Positions 1-4,127 of a stretch of DNA of 4,127 nt are shown in pieces (within the stretch, counting starts at the first letter, position 1; each line of letters starts with the position of its first letter). This stretch comes from a virus. Its lineage: Duplodnaviria > Heunggongvirae > Uroviricota > Caudoviricetes. The DNA lies in IMG/VR virus record IMGVR_UViG_2562617057_000001, positions 1-4,127 of that record. One strand, written 5' to 3'. The notes beneath the pieces are model-generated. The model saw only the letters and a program-made list of their open reading frames with translations. It had not been told where the DNA came from and searched no databases. Position numbers and translations under genes: made by a program.

Positions 1-746
1 ACCGGGATTTTTCCACTGTGCCGCTTCTGTGCGAAGGGGTTGTTCATGCCGTTAACCGATGAGAGATCGATACGACATCGGGTTGTCTGGGAAAGCGCGG
101 CATCAATAAGTAATGGTCGCTGGAGAAAAGCAGCCTCATCCACAAGATAAAGGGTCGTACGGTCACCACGACCGATATTATCGCCAGCCTCACCTTTGAT
201 AACCGCGCCAGTTTCAGGAAACTCAACACGCATATATGGCGCGTGCTTCTTCTCGCTCCACGAACCGCGAAACTCTACAGGTAGTGTTTCCACGAACTTG
301 CGCGCCTTCCAGAACAATGCTTTCGGGTCACCGGTGCTGTCGACGTATTCCTCTTTACGGGAGCCGAAACCGATAACCATTTCTTTGTTGAAGAGACAAA
401 GCGAGCAGGCCAGTCCGATCGCGGTCCAACTGAGCCCCATTTCACGGGATTTATCGGTAATACCATTCTCCCGATTGCTCCAGCGTTCCATAATCCAGTG
501 GATCCACTCCTCCTGCTTAGGGAAGAGTAAAAACGGAATGGTCACCGGCAGGCCATAATCAATATTACGCGGGTCCGTTGTCATGCCCCAGTCGATGATG
601 AACTGAGCCGGATTGGTACGGTAAAACTGTTTTAGTGCAGGCAATATTTCAGGATTCTGGCGAATGCGCTGTAGGCGTTCCATCCGCCATTCAAAAACCA
701 TCTGGTAATCAGGATGTTTAAAATCGAAGGGGAATGGTAACGGCAT
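1..746 (-). CDS. terL: Phage terminase large subunit, N-terminal ATPase portion (partial; 3' end lies beyond window start; codon-aligned 3..746)
   Basis: Not in the ORF track because it has no stop in the window. I translated the minus strand by hand: ATG at 746..744, 248 sense codons with no stop down to position 3 ([20 protein letters not shown]...[11 protein letters not shown]...LYLVDEAAF...[13 protein letters not shown]). Deviant Walker A-like KSREMGLS (approx 432..452) resembles lambda gpA KSARVGYS; Walker B-like LYLVDEAAF at 126..152. Start lies 2 nt after the terS stop (TAA 751..749), the canonical terS-terL coupling. Confidence 0.8.
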   Translation of the reverse strand, partial: MPLPFPFDFKHPDYQMVFEWRMERLQRIRQNPEILPALKQFYRTNPAQFIIDWGMTTDPRNIDYGLPVTIPFLLFPKQEEWIHWIMERWSNRENGITDKSREMGLSWTAIGLACSLCLFNKEMVIGFGSRKEEYVDSTGDPKALFWKARKFVETLPVEFRGSWSEKKHAPYMRVEFPETGAVIKGEAGDNIGRGDRTTLYLVDEAAFLQRPLLIDAALSQTTRCRIDLSSVNGMNNPFAQKRHSGKIP

Positions 747-748
747 AC

Positions 749-1303
749 TTAGCCCATCATTTTTCTATACACCTCTGCGGCCTGCTCAGGCGTTAATTTG
801 GTAATTTCTGTTCTGACTGGTCCTCCGTCAGCGCCAGTCACTTCATTTTTGACGTTGTCTTTAAACGCCTGAACAGAAACATGGCGCCCAAGCAACTCAA
901 GGTTTTTAACCTTATCAGGCCATTTGATTTTCTTCAGAAGTGCGGCGCTATCTGCGGATACCATCTCCACGACATCCATTCCTGATAGCGTTGTGCGCCA
1001 TACCTTAGGCCAGTCTTTAATGGGCTTTAGCTCACCGTTTTGCAGGAGAATGTCGAGCACATCCATCTGGTCGATTTCAACCAATCTACGAAGAACATAA
1101 GCGGCATCTATACCTACCTCTTCGTTTCGCTCGGCTTTAAGCTCAGCAATGCGCTTTGCGATATTAGCTTTTATTAGGTTTTTGCATCCTTGTACGGCGG
1201 CAGAATCCTCACTGTAACCCGCCCTGATGGCTGCTTGCGTGGCATTGAGATCTTTCAGGTACTCACGGGCAAACAGCTCTTGTTTGTCGGTGAGCTTTGC
1301 CAT
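749..1303 (-). CDS. terS: Phage terminase small subunit (Terminase_2-type, N-terminal HTH)
   Basis: 184-aa ORF. N-terminus [40 protein letters not shown] matches the conserved terminase small-subunit signature as I recall it (KQExFxxEYlxdxNAtqAaxrAGYS). GGAG Shine-Dalgarno at 1312..1315 (minus strand), 8 nt upstream of ATG 1303. Sits immediately upstream of terL. Confidence 0.85.
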   Translation of the reverse strand: MAKLTDKQELFAREYLKDLNATQAAIRAGYSEDSAAVQGCKNLIKANIAKRIAELKAERNEEVGIDAAYVLRRLVEIDQMDVLDILLQNGELKPIKDWPKVWRTTLSGMDVVEMVSADSAALLKKIKWPDKVKNLELLGRHVSVQAFKDNVKNEVTGADGGPVRTEITKLTPEQAAEVYRKMMG

Positions 1304-1348
1304 TATTTGTGCTCCGTTTATCCGTTAAAAGGGATATCAGTTAAGTTA

Positions 1349-1351
1349 TCC
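1349..1351. repeat. Target-site duplication (TCC), left flank of IS copy 1
   Basis: TCC immediately 5' of the IS left terminus (TG at 1352) and TCC again immediately 3' of the right terminus (CA ending 2661). A 3-bp duplication is expected for IS3-family elements. Confidence 0.7.
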
Positions 1352-1376
1352 TGAACCGCCCCGGGAATCCTGGAGA
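1352..1376 (+). repeat. IS left inverted repeat (IRL)
   Basis: TGAACCGCCCCGGGAATCCTGGAGA. The reverse complement of 2637..2661 is TGAACCGCCCCGGGTTTCCTGGAGA, giving 23/25 matches (mismatches at positions 15 and 16). Confidence 0.85.
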
Positions 1377-1405
1377 CTAAACTTCCTGAGAAAGAGGTAA
1401 ACAGG

Positions 1406-1732
1406 ATGACTAAAAATACTCGTTTTTCCCCCGAAGTCCGTCAACGGGCAGTCCGTATGGTTCTGGAAAGTCAGGGCGAATATGACTCACAATGGGCGAC
1501 AATTTGTTCCATTGCTCCAAAGATTGGCTGTACGCCGGAGACTCTGCGTGTCTGGGTTCGCCAGCATGAGCGGGATACCGGGGGCGGTGATGGAGGGCTC
1601 ACCACCGCTGAACGTCAGCGTCTGAAAGAGCTGGAGCGTGAAAATCGTGAACTGCGCCGCAGTAACGATATCCTTCGCCAGGCTTCCGCTTATTTTGCGA
1701 AGGCGGAGTTCGACCGCCTCTGGAAAAAATGA
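1406..1732 (+). CDS. IS3-family transposase OrfA (HTH/leucine-zipper DNA-binding subunit)
   Basis: 108-aa ORF. AGAGG Shine-Dalgarno at 1393..1397, 8 nt before the ATG. Ends WKK* on the A6 run. Heptad-like [20 protein letters not shown] is typical of IS3 OrfA. Confidence 0.9.
   Translation: MTKNTRFSPEVRQRAVRMVLESQGEYDSQWATICSIAPKIGCTPETLRVWVRQHERDTGGGDGGLTTAERQRLKELERENRELRRSNDILRQASAYFAKAEFDRLWKK
1724..1732 (+). promoter_or_regulatory. Putative programmed -1 ribosomal frameshift site (A6 run; orfA stop overlaps orfB ATG)
   Basis: AAAAAA at 1724..1729 occupies the last two Lys codons of orfA. TGA stop at 1730..1732 overlaps ATG 1729..1731 of orfB, which is in the -1 frame. IS3-family elements make an OrfAB fusion transposase by -1 slippage on A-rich heptamers (established for IS911, IS3, IS150). 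Confidence 0.6.
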
Positions 1733-2619
1733 TGCCACTGCTGGATAAGCTGCGTGAGCAGTACGGGGTCGGACCGCTATGCAGCGAACTGCATATTGCC
1801 CCGTCAACGTATTACCACTGTCAGCAACAGCGACATCATCCGGATAAACGCAGTGCCCGTGCGCAGCGCGATGACTGGCTGAAGAAAGAGATACAGCGCG
1901 TATACGATGAAAATCACAAGGTATACGGTGTGCGTAAAGTCTGGCGTCAGTTGTTACGGGAAGGCATCAGAGTGGCCAGATGCACTGTGGCACGTCTCAT
2001 GGCGGTTATGGGACTTGCCGGTGTTCTCCGGGGTAAAAAGGTCCGTACGACCATCAGCCGGAAAGCCGTTGCCGCAGGCGACCGCGTAAACCGTCAGTTC
2101 GTGGCAGAACGACCTGACCAGCTGTGGGTGGCTGATTTTACTTACGTCAGCACATGGCAGGGCTTCGTCTATGTGGCGTTCATCATTGATGTGTTTGCCG
2201 GATACATCGTGGGGTGGCGGGTCTCATCGTCCATGGAAACGACATTCGTGCTGGATGCACTGGAGCAGGCGTTATGGGCCCGTCGACCGTCCGGCACGGT
2301 CCATCACAGTGATAAAGGTTCTCAGTATGTATCGCTGGCCTACACACAGCGGCTTAAGGAAGCCGGATTACTGGCATCAACAGGAAGTACAGGCGACTCG
2401 TATGACAACGCGATGGCGGAGAGCATCAATGGTCTTTACAAAGCGGAGGTAATACACCGTAAGAGCTGGAAAAACCGTGCAGAAGTGGAACTGGCCACAC
2501 TCACGTGGGTGGACTGGTATAACAATCGACGATTGCTGGAAAGGCTGGGCCATACTCCTCCGGCAGAAGCAGAAAAAGCTTATTATGCTTCCATCGGAAA
2601 CGATGATCTGGCAGCCTGA
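1729..2619 (+). CDS. IS3-family transposase OrfB (DDE integrase/rve catalytic domain)
   Basis: 296-aa ORF in the -1 frame relative to orfA. Catalytic triad read from the translation: D136 (WVADFTY), D195 (HHSDKGSQY), E231 ([12 protein letters not shown]), spacing D-59-D-36-E, the classic DD(35)E pattern. Confidence 0.9.
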   Translation: MMPLLDKLREQYGVGPLCSELHIAPSTYYHCQQQRHHPDKRSARAQRDDWLKKEIQRVYDENHKVYGVRKVWRQLLREGIRVARCTVARLMAVMGLAGVLRGKKVRTTISRKAVAAGDRVNRQFVAERPDQLWVADFTYVSTWQGFVYVAFIIDVFAGYIVGWRVSSSMETTFVLDALEQALWARRPSGTVHHSDKGSQYVSLAYTQRLKEAGLLASTGSTGDSYDNAMAESINGLYKAEVIHRKSWKNRAEVELATLTWVDWYNNRRLLERLGHTPPAEAEKAYYASIGNDDLAA

Positions 2620-2636
2620 GTTCACAGATAAAACAC

Positions 2637-2661
2637 TCTCCAGGAAACCCGGGGCGGTTCA
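2637..2661 (-). repeat. IS right inverted repeat (IRR)
   Basis: Reverse complement matches IRL at 23/25 positions; the element ends ...GGTTCA at 2661. Confidence 0.85.
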
Positions 2662-2664
2662 TCC
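2662..2664. repeat. Target-site duplication (TCC), right flank of IS copy 1
   Basis: TCC directly abutting the IS right end, matching TCC at 1349..1351. Confidence 0.7.
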
Positions 2665-2739
2665 CGTGTAGGGTATAAGCCATTATCAAGCCCACCCGTA
2701 GATAGGCTTTGTAATGAAGAGCCGTTGTGAAAGTAGCTC

Positions 2740-2952
2740 TCAGGTTGTCATTTTTTCCCTTTTCTGCCTACCTGCCCACTGTTTTGCAATGTACAGGCAG
2801 TCATCGAAAACTCGGCCTTTTCTGCTGGCTTGTGAACAACGGCGGTAATGCTCCACCGCCATGTCAGCGCCAGTCATAGCCGCGTTCTGGTCGTACCCAA
2901 GCTTTATTAACTCGGTTGTTACATTTTTATGTATGAAATCAATCGGAGTCAT
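2740..2952 (-). CDS. Hypothetical small protein (70 aa), translationally coupled to the upstream Rha-like gene
   Basis: ATG 2952..2950 overlaps the TGA stop (2951..2949) of the upstream ORF, an ATGA overlap. Same strand as the phage genes. I recognise no motif. Only a weak Shine-Dalgarno, so expression probably relies on coupling. Confidence 0.5.
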   Translation of the reverse strand: MTPIDFIHKNVTTELIKLGYDQNAAMTGADMAVEHYRRCSQASRKGRVFDDCLYIAKQWAGRQKREKMTT

Positions 2953-3386
2953 GCTGGTTTACCATCAGAGAAATCCCCCATGTCACATAGCTTGAACTGA
3001 ATCAGATCCTTCACAAGCTGCTCAGCCTTTTTAATGGCCTTCTTCTCTTTCTTCCGACGAGTCATGAGAGCGCTACCTGCTTGACCGTGCATTTCAAATG
3101 AGAACTTCTCAGCAGCCGCGACACGGTTTTGCATTTCGCTGATTGCCATATCGGTCAGGCCAGAGAAATCGAGGAGGTTAATGTCCTTCCCGCCCTCAAG
3201 CTCCGTCATGTGGTCATACACCTGCGCCTGAAGCTCATAGCTGTAGCTCATTGCCATGAGGCAAGCTTCACGCTTGGGAAAATTGCAAATATCCCTCTCC
3301 ACAACACCACCTGTTCCGTTGATATAGGTATCAGTTGCAAAAAATTTTGCAGCTGCATCCCCGAGGACCCTGGGTACTTTCTTCAT
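2949..3386 (-). CDS. Putative phage regulatory/antirepressor-like protein (Rha/Bro-N-like region); possibly the 3' remnant of a gene interrupted by IS copy 2
   Basis: 145-aa ORF from the first ATG. The segment PKREACLMAMSYSYELQAQVYDH resembles the conserved core of Rha/Bro-N/KilA-N-type phage regulator domains (recollection, low certainty). The frame stays open for 33 more codons upstream until it hits the IS junction at 3480/3481, and there is no clear Shine-Dalgarno before ATG 3386. Confidence 0.5.
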   Translation of the reverse strand: MKKVPRVLGDAAAKFFATDTYINGTGGVVERDICNFPKREACLMAMSYSYELQAQVYDHMTELEGGKDINLLDFSGLTDMAISEMQNRVAAAEKFSFEMHGQAGSALMTRRKKEKKAIKKAEQLVKDLIQFKLCDMGDFSDGKPA

Positions 3387-3480
3387 GAAACTGCGGTGTT
3401 CGAGTTTGCGATATTTCTTACAGGGGAACGCAAGCCCCTCCGCCTCCGCTTTGGATTTCCGATCAGCATTAATGTAATCC

Positions 3481-3505
3481 TGAACCGCCCCGGGAATCCT
3501 GGAGA
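3481..3505 (+). repeat. IRL of IS copy 2
   Basis: Identical to 1352..1376. Confidence 0.85.
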
Positions 3506-3534
3506 CTAAACTTCCTGAGAAAGAGGTAAACAGG

Positions 3535-3861
3535 ATGACTAAAAATACTCGTTTTTCCCCCGAAGTCCGTCAACGGGCAGTCCGTATGGTTCTGGAAAGT
3601 CAGGGCGAATATGACTCACAATGGGCGACAATTTGTTCCATTGCTCCAAAGATTGGCTGTACGCCGGAGACTCTGCGTGTCTGGGTTCGCCAGCATGAGC
3701 GGGATACCGGGGGCGGTGATGGAGGGCTCACCACCGCTGAACGTCAGCGTCTGAAAGAGCTGGAGCGTGAAAATCGTGAACTGCGCCGCAGTAACGATAT
3801 CCTTCGCCAGGCTTCCGCTTATTTTGCGAAGGCGGAGTTCGACCGCCTCTGGAAAAAATGA
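3535..3861 (+). CDS. IS3-family transposase OrfA (copy 2)
   Basis: 108-aa product identical to the 1406..1732 product. Confidence 0.9.
   Translation: MTKNTRFSPEVRQRAVRMVLESQGEYDSQWATICSIAPKIGCTPETLRVWVRQHERDTGGGDGGLTTAERQRLKELERENRELRRSNDILRQASAYFAKAEFDRLWKK
3853..3861 (+). promoter_or_regulatory. Putative -1 frameshift site (copy 2)
   Basis: Same A6 run and ATGA overlap as copy 1. Confidence 0.6.
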
Positions 3862-4127
3862 TGCCACTGCTGGATAAGCTGCGTGAGCAGTACGGGGTCG
3901 GACCGCTATGCAGCGAACTGCATATTGCCCCGTCAACGTATTACCACTGTCAGCAACAGCGACATCATCCGGATAAACGCAGTGCCCGTGCGCAGCGCGA
4001 TGACTGGCTGAAGAAAGAGATACAGCGCGTATACGATGAAAATCACAAGGTATACGGTGTGCGTAAAGTCTGGCGTCAGTTGTTACGGGAAGGCATCAGA
4101 GTGGCCAGATGCACTGTGGCACGTCTC
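3858..4127 (+). CDS. IS3-family transposase OrfB (copy 2), N-terminal 90 codons only; continues beyond window
   Basis: In frame with ATG 3858 to the last base of the window ([11 protein letters not shown]...TVARL); identical to the copy 1 orfB 5' region. Confidence 0.85.
   Translation, partial: MMPLLDKLREQYGVGPLCSELHIAPSTYYHCQQQRHHPDKRSARAQRDDWLKKEIQRVYDENHKVYGVRKVWRQLLREGIRVARCTVARL

Larger units (their letters stand above)
1352..2661 (+). mobile_element. IS3-family insertion sequence, IS629-like, complete copy (1310 bp)
   Basis: 5'-TGAACCGCCCCGGG...CCCGGGGCGGTTCA-3' termini, terminal inverted repeats, two overlapping ORFs (108 aa and 296 aa) in 0/-1 frames, flanking 3-bp direct repeat. 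Length and ORF sizes match my recollection of IS629; not verified by search. Confidence 0.9.
3481..4127 (+). mobile_element. IS629-like element, second copy, same orientation, truncated by window end
   Basis: 3481..4127 is identical by eye to 1352..1998 (offset 2129 bp) over all 647 bp visible. Starts with the same TGAACCGCCCCGGG terminus. Confidence 0.9.

Noticed and set aside
44-558. ORF-track ORFs 44..229 (-), 196..558 (+) and 275..466 (-)
   Set aside because: All lie inside the terL coding region in the wrong frame or on the opposite strand. terL has the start coupling, ATPase motifs and a continuous 248-codon frame; these are frame-shadow ORFs.
1352-1405. Transposase promoter within IRL or at the IS left end
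   Set aside because: A TAAACT -10-like hexamer exists at 1378..1383 but with no acceptable -35 at proper spacing; cannot be supported by eye.
1487-1807. 106-aa minus-strand ORF antisense to IS orfA (and its twin at 3616..3936)
   Set aside because: Fully antisense to a well-supported transposase gene; no independent start signals. Typical spurious antisense ORF.
1907-2695. Small ORFs inside or overlapping orfB and the IS right end (1907..2089 +, 2171..2452 +, 2377..2625 -, 2477..2671 +, 2501..2695 -)
   Set aside because: Alternative-frame or antisense ORFs within the DDE transposase gene or straddling the IS/phage junction; a real gene would not span an insertion boundary.
2662-2739. Possible rho-independent terminator downstream of the 70-aa ORF (minus strand)
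   Set aside because: Only a 5-bp stem (AGAGC/GCTCT) with a 13-nt loop and no following U-tract; too weak to call.
3129-3509. 126-aa plus-strand ORF
   Set aside because: Antisense to the Rha-like gene and runs across the phage/IS junction at 3480/3481, so it cannot be an ancestral gene.
1352-4127. Interpretation as a composite transposon mobilising the 819-bp segment as cargo
   Set aside because: Copy 1 carries its own TCC target duplication on both sides, indicating an independent simple insertion. The intervening DNA is collinear phage sequence and not foreign cargo. Future mobilisation as a unit cannot be excluded.
1-4127. CRISPR arrays, tRNA or rRNA genes, integrase or att sites
   Set aside because: No short regularly spaced repeats, no tRNA-like structures, and no tyrosine or serine recombinase ORFs were seen in the window.

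Overview
The window reads as an enterobacterial (E. coli/Shigella-type) lambdoid prophage packaging region on the minus strand, interrupted by two identical, same-orientation copies of an IS3-family insertion sequence that I recognise from memory as IS629 (IS1203/IS3411 are near-identical relatives). Minus-strand gene order is: Rha/antirepressor-like gene (2949..3386, probably 5'-truncated by IS copy 2), a coupled 70-aa orphan ORF (2740..2952), then terminase small subunit (749..1303) and the first 248 codons of terminase large subunit (746..3, running off the window). IS copy 1 is complete (1352..2661, 1310 bp, TG...CA termini, imperfect 25-bp inverted repeats, 3-bp TCC target duplication, orfA/orfB with an A6 -1 frameshift site). 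IS copy 2 starts at 3481 and is cut by the window end, and is base-for-base identical to copy 1 over the 647 bp visible. I do not see a clear-cut novel multi-gene system. The most interesting material is the 819-bp phage segment trapped between the two IS copies, the likely IS-disrupted regulator gene, and the IS insertion 48 bp upstream of terS, which probably makes this prophage packaging-defective. Family names are recalled, not searched; all coordinates, motifs and repeat boundaries were read directly from the sequence.
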